This document shows, in pieces, positions 19,770-28,620 of a DNA stretch of 64,000 bases; positions within the stretch are counted from its first letter, which is position 1; each line of letters starts with the position of its first letter. The notes under the pieces are model-generated. The model ran no database searches and was not told the origin of the DNA. It saw only the letters and a list, made by a program, of their open reading frames with translations. The position numbers and the translations under genes were made by a program. The stretch is from Chloroflexota bacterium (GTDB lineage Bacteria; Chloroflexota; UBA6077; SHYK01): contig DASRDP010000150.1 in NCBI GenBank assembly GCA_035652535.1, positions 5,265-69,264 of the forward strand. The letters are read 5' to 3'.

Positions 19770-21119
19770 ATGAACACAGGCTTAGGCCTCGTCGCCGTCT
19801 TCGCACTCATCGCTGCCAACGGGTTCTTCACGGCAGCGGAATTCGCTCTGGTCTCGGCCCGCAGGACGCGGATCGAGCAGCTTGCAAACCGGGGCAATCG
19901 CGCGGCTCTGGCCGTTCAGCGGGCGCAGGCCGATCCCAGCCGCTTCATCGCCGCCTGTCAGCTGGGCATCACGGTTGCGAGTCTGGCCCTCGGCTGGATC
20001 GGCGAGGCGACCATTGCCAGCATTTTGTGGGAACCGCTCGCCATCGTCGTTCCCGACCGTGTCCTCGGCCTGACCGCCCACGCTATCGCCGCGCCGCTCG
20101 CTTTCCTTTTGATGACCTACCTCCACATCACGTGCGGCGAGCAAGTTCCGAAGATGCTGGCCCTGCAGCTGAGCGAGCAGGCGGCGCTGGTCACCGTTCT
20201 GCCCACGAATTTCATTGGCGTCATTTTTCGCCCGTTCATCCGAGCGCTCGAGCTCTCCACGAACCTCGCGCTCCGCATGCTGGGGGTGAAGTGGGAAGCG
20301 CAGACCCAACACGTGTACTCCTATGAGGACCTGAAGCTGATGATTCAGGCGAGCAGGGCCGCCGGGGCGATTGAGGAAGACCCGGACCGCCTTGTCGAGC
20401 GCGCCCTCGACTTCGCCCAGCTCTCGGCGCACCACGTAATGGTCCCGCGGACGGAGATGATCGCACTGCCCTCGTCCGTCACCGTCGACCAGCTGGCGGA
20501 CACGATGGCCCGGCACGAGCATTCGCGCTACCCGATCTACGAGGGGACAGCTGACAACGTTGTCGGCATTCTCTGGGCGAAGCACGTCGCCGTTGCGTTG
20601 GCCAAGGCCCGTGGCCGACCGGTGGACATTCGCGCGCTGATCCGAGCGCCGCTGTTTGTGCCGGAGACGATGCGAGCCGATCGTCTGCTTGCGGAGATGA
20701 AACGCCACCGGAGCCACGAGGCGATCGTGATCGATGAGTACGGAGCGACCGCCGGGCTTGTGACGCTTCGAGACATCATGGACCGCCTTGCCGGCGAGAT
20801 CCGCGACCAGACCGAGCTTGCCCGCCCGACGGTGGAATGGCTGCCCGATGGCTCCACGATGGTGGATGGCTTGATGCTGCTTGGCGACGTGGAGACTGAG
20901 CTGGGAATCGATTTCGGTGAGTCCGAGTACGATACCGTCGGCGGGTTCCTCTTCGGTCGCCTTGGCCGCCGGCCTGCCATTGGGGACACGATCAATGTTG
21001 GTGATCGCACCCTCGCCGTCGCCGAGTTGGATGGCCTTCGCGTTTCCAGAGTGGCAATTCGCAAACGCGCGGACGCAGTTGACAAAACAGCGCAACAAAC
21101 GCAGGCGGTTGGCTCGTGA
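19770..21119 (+). CDS. CNNM/CorC/TlyC-family transporter (DUF21-CBS pair-CorC_HlyC)
   Basis: Four N-terminal TM helices, two CBS domains and the C-terminal CorC/HlyC transporter-associated domain. Confidence 0.85.
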   Translation: MNTGLGLVAVFALIAANGFFTAAEFALVSARRTRIEQLANRGNRAALAVQRAQADPSRFIAACQLGITVASLALGWIGEATIASILWEPLAIVVPDRVLGLTAHAIAAPLAFLLMTYLHITCGEQVPKMLALQLSEQAALVTVLPTNFIGVIFRPFIRALELSTNLALRMLGVKWEAQTQHVYSYEDLKLMIQASRAAGAIEEDPDRLVERALDFAQLSAHHVMVPRTEMIALPSSVTVDQLADTMARHEHSRYPIYEGTADNVVGILWAKHVAVALAKARGRPVDIRALIRAPLFVPETMRADRLLAEMKRHRSHEAIVIDEYGATAGLVTLRDIMDRLAGEIRDQTELARPTVEWLPDGSTMVDGLMLLGDVETELGIDFGESEYDTVGGFLFGRLGRRPAIGDTINVGDRTLAVAELDGLRVSRVAIRKRADAVDKTAQQTQAVGS

Positions 21120-21213
21120 TCGATCGATTCGATGCACATGTAGCGCGAAGCGAGCGCCTATGCTATGATCGCGCCCAATCTGTGGGCGCGCTACGCCCGC
21201 GACGGAGCGAATT

Positions 21214-22227
21214 GTGAACCTTCGCCATCTTGAGGTCTTCTGCGCGGTGGTCGGGTGCGAGAGCTTCAGCGCCGCGGCCGAGCAGTTGATCATGACCCAG
21301 CCAGCTGTCAGTATGCAGGTACAAGCGGTCGAGCGGCATTTTGGCGTCCAACTCCTCGAACGTCGCAATCGGCGCACCGTGCCAACAGAGGCAGGCCAGG
21401 TTGTATACAAGTGGGCCCTCAACGTGCTGCGCACGGAATCCTTGGCGCGCAAGGGGATCGACGACCTCAAACACGCGCAGGCGGGGCGCGTCGTGGTTGG
21501 CTCCAGCATGACCATCGGGAGCCATGTCCTCCCACCGATCCTCAGCCGGTTCAAGCGCCAGCACGCGGGCGCCGAGATCGTGGTCCGTCTGGGTGAGCGT
21601 CCGGAGATCTGCGGGGAGATCATCAACGGCACCATCGACTGCGGGGTCGTCATCGCTCGCGAGATTCCGCCGGACTTGAAAGTCGAGCCGCTGGGCAGAG
21701 AAGCGGTAGTCTTCATCTGTGGCCCCGGCCATCGGCTTGCGCACCGGAAGCGCGTGTGCATCGAAGATCTCGAGCAGGAGTCGTTCATCCTGGCGCCGAG
21801 CGGGTCCAGCTATCGTCGTCTGATCGACGAGCTGCTGGCAGAGCAGGGTTTGCGCAAGGTCACGGTGTTCATGGAGCTGGATGGGACCGACAGCGTTAAG
21901 CGGGCGGTCCAGCAGGGCCTGGGAATTGGCGTCGCTCTGCGAAGCGGCGTCGAGTGGGAGTTGGAGCACGGACTGCTCCACGAAGTGCCGATGCGGACTG
22001 CGACGCCGCTTGTCGACATCGGGCTCGTCTACCATCCGCGCCGCCACCAGTCTCCGATGATCGAATCATTTACGTCGTACCTCAAAGATCAGCTCAGCGA
22101 GCAGCTCCGTCGCTCACGCGAGCGAGCCAGCGCGGTGGCCTGTAGCGAGCTGGTGCGGGCGGGCCGTAGGTCCGCGCGACGGGCCGCGGTCTCCACCAAC
22201 GGTGCAACGGATTCCGATCCCCACTGA
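21214..22227 (+). CDS. LysR-family transcriptional regulator
   Basis: N-terminal HTH (LRHLEVFCAVVGCESFSAAAEQLIMTQPAVSMQVQAVE) and a LysR substrate-binding domain. Confidence 0.85.
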   Translation: MNLRHLEVFCAVVGCESFSAAAEQLIMTQPAVSMQVQAVERHFGVQLLERRNRRTVPTEAGQVVYKWALNVLRTESLARKGIDDLKHAQAGRVVVGSSMTIGSHVLPPILSRFKRQHAGAEIVVRLGERPEICGEIINGTIDCGVVIAREIPPDLKVEPLGREAVVFICGPGHRLAHRKRVCIEDLEQESFILAPSGSSYRRLIDELLAEQGLRKVTVFMELDGTDSVKRAVQQGLGIGVALRSGVEWELEHGLLHEVPMRTATPLVDIGLVYHPRRHQSPMIESFTSYLKDQLSEQLRRSRERASAVACSELVRAGRRSARRAAVSTNGATDSDPH

Positions 22228-23005
22228 TGCGCTTCGGTCGGCTGTGAATCGCGACGACGCGGCCGTCGAGCGCTGGATCATCCCCAGCGGCTGGACCCTC
22301 AATTATGCGCCGCTGACTGACAGCACGAACGATGACGCCAAGCGCGCCGCGCGCGACGGCGCCCGCGATAGAACGCTCTTCGTCGCCGACGAGCAGCGGC
22401 GAGGACGCGGCCGAATGGGAAGGACGTGGGTCTCGCCTCCCGGAAGCGGGCTGCTCTTTTCGTTGGTGCTGCGTCGCGATCTCCCGCCCGTCGACCTGAC
22501 GGCACTGTGCTCGATCTCGGTCGTCGAAGCGATCGCCGATGCGACCGGCCTCTCGGCGCGGATCAAGTGGCCGAACGACGTCATGCTCGGCGAGAAGAAG
22601 GCCTGCGGCCTGCTGACCGAGGTGGTCCCTCAGACTGGCGGCCGCGCGACGATTGTCGGTATTGGCATAAACGTCACCGCGCACCCTGACGGAACTGGCC
22701 TGGGCATGCCCGTCACGTCATTGGCCGAGGAATCGACTGCCGCCATCTCGCGGCCATCCCTCCTTCGGGCCATCCTGGAACGGATCGATCGCCGGTACGC
22801 GCGCGAGGATGCGTCGCTCTTCGCCGATCTGAGATCCGAATGGGAGCGCCTGCTGTGGCGCAAGCGACAGACGGTGCGCGTTTCACAGGACGGCCCCACC
22901 GTCGAGGGGATCGTCGAAGGGATCGCGCCGTCAGGGGCGCTCGTTCTCCGCCGCGACGATACGCGCCTGATCGAGATCAGCGTCGGGGACGTCTTCGCCG
23001 TTTAG
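22202..23005 (+). CDS. birA: Biotin--[acetyl-CoA-carboxylase] ligase BirA (catalytic BPL domain)
   Basis: GRGRMGRTW and KWPNDV motifs and a C-terminal SH3-like domain. The predicted start overlaps the LysR gene end by ~26 nt, so it is uncertain. Confidence 0.8.
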   Translation: MQRIPIPTDALRSAVNRDDAAVERWIIPSGWTLNYAPLTDSTNDDAKRAARDGARDRTLFVADEQRRGRGRMGRTWVSPPGSGLLFSLVLRRDLPPVDLTALCSISVVEAIADATGLSARIKWPNDVMLGEKKACGLLTEVVPQTGGRATIVGIGINVTAHPDGTGLGMPVTSLAEESTAAISRPSLLRAILERIDRRYAREDASLFADLRSEWERLLWRKRQTVRVSQDGPTVEGIVEGIAPSGALVLRRDDTRLIEISVGDVFAV

Positions 23006-23018
23006 CCAACGCTCGCGG

Positions 23019-24428
23019 CTATCGATGAAGGGCCGCTTCGACGTCCGGCGGCGCGTCCCGAAGGACCGCTCGCAGGCGGCGCACCGCCTGCCGCACCTCT
23101 TCGGCGGACGGAACGGGCGTTGATTCGTCCGAGTACCGAGCGACGGAGTACGCCCGCGCGATCTGCGCGAGATCCGCGGCCCCCGCCGGCAGGATCGATG
23201 CGAGGAGGCGCCCGTATTCGCGCGGCGTCTCGCCCGGTGCTCTCGGCACGCCGGCGCGCGCCATGGCCGATTGGAATGCGCGGTAGGCGCGCCGAATCTC
23301 GACCCGGACCCCCTGGCCGACGAGGTCGTCGCCGTCGGCCGATTTCCGACCGAACCATCCGAGAAGTGCCGCCCGGCCACGCGGCAGGCGCTGGCGCACC
23401 TCCTCGATCTCATCGCGTCGCGACGCGGATGCATGGCCGACGAGACGGTGAAAGACGGCGATCACAATCACACAGAACAGCAGCGTGAGTGTGGCGGCGA
23501 CGAGGACGGTCAAAACCTCCGGAGGGCCCTGGGGCGCCTGATCTTCGATCTTGGGACGGGATTCTTCCGCTCCGCGCATGTTTTGGACGATCGCGCTGGG
23601 GTCCGCGCCGATCGTCTCCGCGAGCCAGCGCAACGCCATGGCGATGGCTTCGGCAACGTGTCCGAGCGCGAGGAGCAGCGCATCCGTCAACGGTCTCGCC
23701 TGGCGACCAAGCGCACCGACGGTCCGGGCGGAGCCCAGAAGAAATCCAGAGGAGAGGATGCCCGTCAGGCCCGCCGCGCCCACCATGAGGAGGATCGTGA
23801 ATCCTCCTGCGACCATACCCCATCGGGACGGGGTCAGCTCGCGCGCCTCGACTCCCATTGCCTGGATGAGCAGGAGCGCGGCGATGGCAAGGGCGAATGT
23901 GGTGACGACGGCGCCAAATCCCAGCCGCTGCACGGCGCCGGTCAGCGGAAGAAACACCAGAACGGCGCACAGCGCGCTCGTCGACACCGCGATGTGTCCA
24001 ATGACGCGTTCGCGGGTGAGTCCCGCGGCGAGGGCAAGTCCGCGTCCCCAGAGGTACGCGATGAGGATGACCAATGCGATCCCGGCGCCACGCAGGTCGG
24101 GCTCGTACGTTCCGATCAAGAGCTGGGGCGGAACGGCAACGCCGGCGTGCACCGTCCCGATGCCGAGGGCGAGGGCCAGACCCCCGGCGATGAGCAACAG
24201 CCGGCGCCGCTCAAGCGCGATATCCGAGATCACCAAAATCCGAACGGTCAGCCATGCGAGCGCCAGGATGAGGACGACTCCGATCAACGACGGATACCGT
24301 TGGCCCGCGACTTCCGAAATGGCGGCAGCCAGAAGCCAAACCCACACTCCCTCGATCGCGCTGATGCACAGCACGACACCGAAAACGCTGACCGCCTTAG
24401 CCAATTTTGGACCCTGCCATCTGCTCAT
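23019..24428 (-). CDS. Polytopic membrane protein with C-terminal DUF4129 domain (third gene of a MoxR-DUF58 operon)
   Basis: Multiple TM helices, then IRRAYRAFQSAMARAGVPRAPGETPREYGRLL...ARYS, the DUF4129 signature. Start placed at ATG 24428 (MSRWQGPK). The longer ORF reaching 24602 overlaps DUF58. Confidence 0.7.
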   Translation of the reverse strand: MSRWQGPKLAKAVSVFGVVLCISAIEGVWVWLLAAAISEVAGQRYPSLIGVVLILALAWLTVRILVISDIALERRRLLLIAGGLALALGIGTVHAGVAVPPQLLIGTYEPDLRGAGIALVILIAYLWGRGLALAAGLTRERVIGHIAVSTSALCAVLVFLPLTGAVQRLGFGAVVTTFALAIAALLLIQAMGVEARELTPSRWGMVAGGFTILLMVGAAGLTGILSSGFLLGSARTVGALGRQARPLTDALLLALGHVAEAIAMALRWLAETIGADPSAIVQNMRGAEESRPKIEDQAPQGPPEVLTVLVAATLTLLFCVIVIAVFHRLVGHASASRRDEIEEVRQRLPRGRAALLGWFGRKSADGDDLVGQGVRVEIRRAYRAFQSAMARAGVPRAPGETPREYGRLLASILPAGAADLAQIARAYSVARYSDESTPVPSAEEVRQAVRRLRAVLRDAPPDVEAALHR

Positions 24429-25656
24429 ATTCGAACTCGACGTGGGGGAGAAACACGGAGCGGATCCGGGGGTCCAGCGGGACCGGGCTCTCTTCGCCGA
24501 GGAAGCACAGGCTAACGTCGTGGCCTCGGCGGCGGATAGCGGCAAGATTGTCCGCGCCTTCCTCGTCGAGGTACGCGGTGATGGCGAGAATGCTGGCTCC
24601 AAATGGCATTTGACGTGCTATCTGGTGGATAAACTGGCCGTAGCCCATCGTTGGTATGGGCGATAGGCGCGCGAGGAGAGAAAGCGCATCTTCGAGCTGC
24701 GATGGGCGCCGATTTGGCCGCAGAAAGACCTGAAAGTCCTCCATATCCGCCCCGCACGCGTTGACTGCCAGACCCACCGCCTCGTGGGCTGCCAGCGCGT
24801 CGCGCACCGCTGCTGCGGCCACTCCGATGGCCGCCTCGAGCTTTGTCGCGTCGTATCCCTGCCACGTGTATTCCATTGTCTGGACGTTGAGGACGACGAT
24901 GCACGTCGGCTGCGTTGTGGGCGCGAAGACGCGCGTTTGCAGCTTCAAGCGACGGGCCGAGGCTTTCCAGTCAACCAGCCGACGCGGGTCACCAGGGAGA
25001 TAGTCGCGAATCCCGACAAACCTCGCCGGGTCCTCGAGCGCCGGTGGCCGGGCCGTGATCCCCCCGTGCGGGAAGCGCGAGTCTACGTCGATGGGGGGCG
25101 CAACGGCCAGGCGAGGGTAGACGATGAGAGACCGGGTTTCCGGGGCGCGAAGGTGAACCGGAAACATCCCGAGCGGGTCACCGGTCTCGATAGCGGTCGG
25201 CCCCACGACGTAGTGGCCGCGCGCGCGGCACGTAAACCGCTGGCGAAGAACGACGCGCTCGTTCCGCCCGAGCGACACGGTTCGTCGGCGGACCCAGCCC
25301 TCGTCGCTGGAAATCTGTGGAGGTCGCCCCGCGGGGTCCTCGCTGTTCGCGGTATGGAGCGCTGCGCCACGCACCGGGACGATCGCCGCCGGTACGTGCT
25401 CCTCGATGCGGACCCACGGCAGCGGAAAAACCCTTCGATTGACAACCTCCACGACGTACGTCGTTTCTTCGCCGGGGAAGATACGCGGAGGATCGAAGAA
25501 TCGGCGGTAGCTGAGGGCCTGCGTTGCCCACCGCGACCATGCGGCAAGTCCGACAGTGGTGACGAGGAGCAAGCTGACCAGCATGATGAGCGACGCCTGA
25601 CCGCGAATGATTCCGATAAGGAGGACGATGGCGAGAAGGGTGATGACGCCGGCCAT
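24397..25656 (-). CDS. DUF58 protein (vWA-like, MoxR-associated)
   Basis: Two N-terminal TM helices and GIRDYLPGDPRRLVDWKASARRLKLQTRVF, the DUF58 core. Confidence 0.85.
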   Translation of the reverse strand: MAGVITLLAIVLLIGIIRGQASLIMLVSLLLVTTVGLAAWSRWATQALSYRRFFDPPRIFPGEETTYVVEVVNRRVFPLPWVRIEEHVPAAIVPVRGAALHTANSEDPAGRPPQISSDEGWVRRRTVSLGRNERVVLRQRFTCRARGHYVVGPTAIETGDPLGMFPVHLRAPETRSLIVYPRLAVAPPIDVDSRFPHGGITARPPALEDPARFVGIRDYLPGDPRRLVDWKASARRLKLQTRVFAPTTQPTCIVVLNVQTMEYTWQGYDATKLEAAIGVAAAAVRDALAAHEAVGLAVNACGADMEDFQVFLRPNRRPSQLEDALSLLARLSPIPTMGYGQFIHQIARQMPFGASILAITAYLDEEGADNLAAIRRRGHDVSLCFLGEESPVPLDPRIRSVFLPHVEFEYEQMAGSKIG

Positions 25657-25661
25657 GAAGC

Positions 25662-26684
25662 CTACTCGTGGGTTCGTGGCTGAACGGGCATCTGCTCGAG
25701 GCTTCCATCTCCGGCGGTCCGGCGCTCGCCGGCGCCAATCGGCTCAGCCGGGACGGGAAGCGATTCCAGGATCGATCCAAGCACGCGCTGCGCTCCGGCG
25801 CCTCTCAGTCGATGCTGATGCCGGAGGACCAGGCGGTGAGCGAGGACGGGCTCCACGAGCCGCTTGACGTCGTCCGGTGTGACGTAGGCTCGCCCGCGCA
25901 GCGCGGCCAGGGCCTGCGCGGCGCGAAAGAGCGCGAGGCTCGCGCGCGGGCTCGCGCCCAGCTCGACGGACTCGTGTTCTCGAGTTGCTCGGGCGACCGC
26001 GACCACGTAAGCGGCGATCTCGTCGGCGACGTACACCTCACGGACCTCGCGGCCGGCCGCGACCACGTCGTCGGCCGTGGCTATGGGCGTCACTGGCTCG
26101 GGTTCGTTCGGTCCGGCGAATCGTCGGAGGATCCGAATCTCGTCTTGCTCCGAAGGGTAGCCGAGCGAGAGCCGAAGGAAGAAGCGGTCGAGCTGTGCCT
26201 CCGGAAGGGGAAAGGTGCCCTCAAGCTCGACCGGATTCTGCGTCGCTATCACCAGGAATGGCCGAGGCAGTGGCATCGTGTGGCCTTCTACGGTCACCTG
26301 CCGCTCCTGCATTGCTTCCAGCAAGCTCGACTGGGTGCGGGGCGTCGCGCGGTTGATCTCGTCAGCGAGGATGACGTTCGCGTGGACCGGCCCGGCCCGA
26401 AATTCGAAGTCGCCGCTCCGCTGGTTGAAAAAGAAAAGCCCGGTCACGTCGGTGGGGAGCAAATCTGGCGTGAACTGGATCCGGGCGAATTGGCAGTCCA
26501 AACATTGGGCCACGGTGCGGGCGAGGGTCGTCTTCCCAATCCCTGGGACGTCTTCAACCAGAATGTGGCCTTCGCAGAGCAGGGCAACGGCAAGCAGCTC
26601 CACGGCATCGTCGTGTCCGACGATGACTCGCCTCACTTGGGCGGCGAGATCTTCCCCAAGCTGCGCGATCGACCGAGTGGGCAT
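25662..26684 (-). CDS. MoxR-family AAA+ ATPase
   Basis: VGHDDAVELLAVALLCEGHILVEDVPGIGKTTLAR (Walker A) and LADEINRATP (Walker B). Start at ATG 26684 (MPTRSIAQ); the upstream part of the ORF is junk. Confidence 0.88.
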   Translation of the reverse strand: MPTRSIAQLGEDLAAQVRRVIVGHDDAVELLAVALLCEGHILVEDVPGIGKTTLARTVAQCLDCQFARIQFTPDLLPTDVTGLFFFNQRSGDFEFRAGPVHANVILADEINRATPRTQSSLLEAMQERQVTVEGHTMPLPRPFLVIATQNPVELEGTFPLPEAQLDRFFLRLSLGYPSEQDEIRILRRFAGPNEPEPVTPIATADDVVAAGREVREVYVADEIAAYVVAVARATREHESVELGASPRASLALFRAAQALAALRGRAYVTPDDVKRLVEPVLAHRLVLRHQHRLRGAGAQRVLGSILESLPVPAEPIGAGERRTAGDGSLEQMPVQPRTHE

Positions 26685-26694
26685 GGGCGGACGT

Positions 26695-27366
26695 TCAGTT
26701 TCGCCGGGAGGGGTCGAGGAGGGGAAAGCCGGCCGCTCCGCGAAGGGGGACAAAGCGCACGCCGCCAATCTTACGCGAGCTGAATTGATCACCGTCACGG
26801 CGCGTCAGCACCAGCTGCTGCTCGTCGATGGACCCTACCGGCGCGACGAGCCGCCCGCCGTCCTGCGCGAGCTGGTTCAGGAGGGCGGGCGGGAGGCTTG
26901 GCGACGCGGCCGTCACGACGATGGCATCATATGGAGCGAGGTCGATCCATCCCATGCTCCCGTCGCCGAGAATGACGCGCACATTGCGACACCCGAGTCG
27001 CTGCAGGACCCGAGCCGCCCGCTGGGCGAGGGTGGCTCGTATCTCCACGGAGACCACGTCCGCGGCAAGCTGCGCCAGGACCGCCGCGCCATACCCCGAG
27101 CCGGTGCCGATCTCGAGGACGTGCTCCTCCCTTGACGGACGCACCGCCTGCGCCATATGGGCGACGACCATCGGTTGGGAGATGGTTTGCTGCTCGCCAA
27201 TGGGTAGTGCGATGTTTTCGTACGCGCGGGACTTGAGCGTGCTGGGCACAAAGGCGTCCCGGGGAACGCACGCGACAGCACCGAGGACGCGCTCGTCCGT
27301 GATCCCCCCCGTCCGAAGGTCGCAGAGCAGTCGCTCCTTGGCGGACGCATTAAAACGCGCAAACAT
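26695..27366 (-). CDS. pcm: Protein-L-isoaspartate O-methyltransferase
   Basis: TISQPMVVAHM and VLEIGTGSGYGAAVLA SAM-binding motifs. Start at ATG 27366 (MFARFNASA). Confidence 0.88.
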   Translation of the reverse strand: MFARFNASAKERLLCDLRTGGITDERVLGAVACVPRDAFVPSTLKSRAYENIALPIGEQQTISQPMVVAHMAQAVRPSREEHVLEIGTGSGYGAAVLAQLAADVVSVEIRATLAQRAARVLQRLGCRNVRVILGDGSMGWIDLAPYDAIVVTAASPSLPPALLNQLAQDGGRLVAPVGSIDEQQLVLTRRDGDQFSSRKIGGVRFVPLRGAAGFPLLDPSRRN

Positions 27367-27420
27367 TGATGCGATCTGCCCCCAGCGTTGCAGAATTCTA
27401 CCCAATCCCGCACGTAGTGG

Positions 27421-27975
27421 TTGCCGGAGGCGCATTTGTGGTCCGCCCCACGCGATTCCGTGCCGGCTCCGTCCGTGATCGTGGGTTGGACCGGGCACCG
27501 GCCGGACGTCTTTCGCGACCCATCGGAGGCGCGGGACCGGGTCGAGCAGCTGGCTCTCGGAGCGTACGGTCACACCGACGTTCGCTTCGTTTGCGGCGGC
27601 CAGCGCGGGGTGGATCTGTGGGCTGCTGACATCGCGCAGCGATTGGGGATTCCCTTCGAGCTGGTGCTCCCGGTCCCCCCTTCATCGTTCAGCAGTGAAT
27701 GGGACGATCAGGAGCGCGCGCATCTCCTCGCGCATGTCTCGCGGGCCGAGCGCGTCACCGTCCTTGATCCGCGTGGCGAGCGCGGCCTGCTTGCCTACGA
27801 TCGCCGGAACGAGGAGATCGCGTATCGTTCTGAGCTGCTCATCGCGGTATGGACGGGGATGCGACGCGGAGGCACATTCTACACACTCTGCGCTGCCAGG
27901 CGGCGCGGAATCCCAACGCGAAGCGTCCTGTTGGCTCCGACGCTCGACCCGCTCGAGCCCGGACGCGGCGTATAA
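27421..27975 (+). CDS. SLOG-superfamily Rossmann-fold protein, YpsA/DUF1273-like
   Basis: VGWTGHRP, CGGQRGVDLWAADIA, FELVLPVPP and ELLIAVWTG line up with B. subtilis YpsA motifs (ITGYKP, ISGQLGVELWAAE, LKVAVITPF, SDGLLLLYD). Confidence 0.6.
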   Translation: MPEAHLWSAPRDSVPAPSVIVGWTGHRPDVFRDPSEARDRVEQLALGAYGHTDVRFVCGGQRGVDLWAADIAQRLGIPFELVLPVPPSSFSSEWDDQERAHLLAHVSRAERVTVLDPRGERGLLAYDRRNEEIAYRSELLIAVWTGMRRGGTFYTLCAARRRGIPTRSVLLAPTLDPLEPGRGV

Positions 27976-28033
27976 TGGATCAGCCAGCATCGACCGCGGT
28001 GACACCGCCGCGATGATTCGATGGGAGGGACGA

Positions 28034-28387
28034 GTGATCACGCTGACGGAGACGGCGGAGCGGGAGCTGCGTCGTCTGGTGATGGATCAAGATGCGAAGA
28101 TGGCATTGCGCGTGTTTGTTTCCCCTGGCGGCTGCTCTGGTATGAGCTACGGAATGGCGTTCGACGACGAGCAGCAAGAGGGCGACCAGATCATCGATCA
28201 CGATGGCATCCGGATCTGCGTCGACGAGATGAGCGCAATGTACCTCGACGGGTCTGAGATCGATTTCGTCGACCAGCTCATGGGGGGCGGCTTCACCATC
28301 CACAATCCAAATGCCGTCCGGAGCTGCGCCTGCGGTCATTCCTTCGACACCGGCAGCGACGCCGCGAGCGCTCGCCCCTGCAGCTAA
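28034..28387 (+). CDS. erpA: Iron-sulfur cluster insertion protein, HesB/IscA/ErpA family
   Basis: C-terminal CACGHSF motif. GTG at 28034 is preceded by a GGAGG Shine-Dalgarno with a 5-nt spacer. An in-frame ATG at 28013 is the alternative start. Confidence 0.85.
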   Translation: MITLTETAERELRRLVMDQDAKMALRVFVSPGGCSGMSYGMAFDDEQQEGDQIIDHDGIRICVDEMSAMYLDGSEIDFVDQLMGGGFTIHNPNAVRSCACGHSFDTGSDAASARPCS

Positions 28388-28413
28388 GGGGCGATTTCGA
28401 AGGGTTCGGTGGA

Positions 28414-28444
28414 GGGGTCCCGCGCAGGGGCCCCTTTCATTTTC
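28414..28444 (+). terminator. Rho-independent terminator after erpA
   Basis: GGGGUCCC-GCGCA-GGGGCCCC forms an 8-bp GC-rich stem with a 5-nt loop, followed by TTTCATTTTC. Confidence 0.6.
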
Positions 28445-28620
28445 CGACGGTGAATGGAGCCACCGCTGACCCGGCCGCGGGTTGGGTGGTGCTCGGTGCG
28501 GCCTGCGCGTGGTTCGTCCATTGAGCGCCGGAGCCTGTGGTAGAATCGCGTGAGTGAACAAGGTACGAGAATTCAACGGACGGTACAGACAAAACTGGGC
28601 CGCAAAACAGGGAGTTAAAC

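Noticed and set aside
19782-21788. 668-aa minus-strand ORF
   Set aside because: Antisense to the CNNM transporter and LysR genes. The translation is low-complexity and Arg-rich.
23271-24515. 414-aa plus-strand ORF
   Set aside because: Antisense to the DUF4129 membrane protein. The opposite strand gives TM helices and the DUF4129 motif.
24784-26783. 299-aa and 371-aa plus-strand ORFs
   Set aside because: Antisense to DUF58 and MoxR, both of which have strong motif support.
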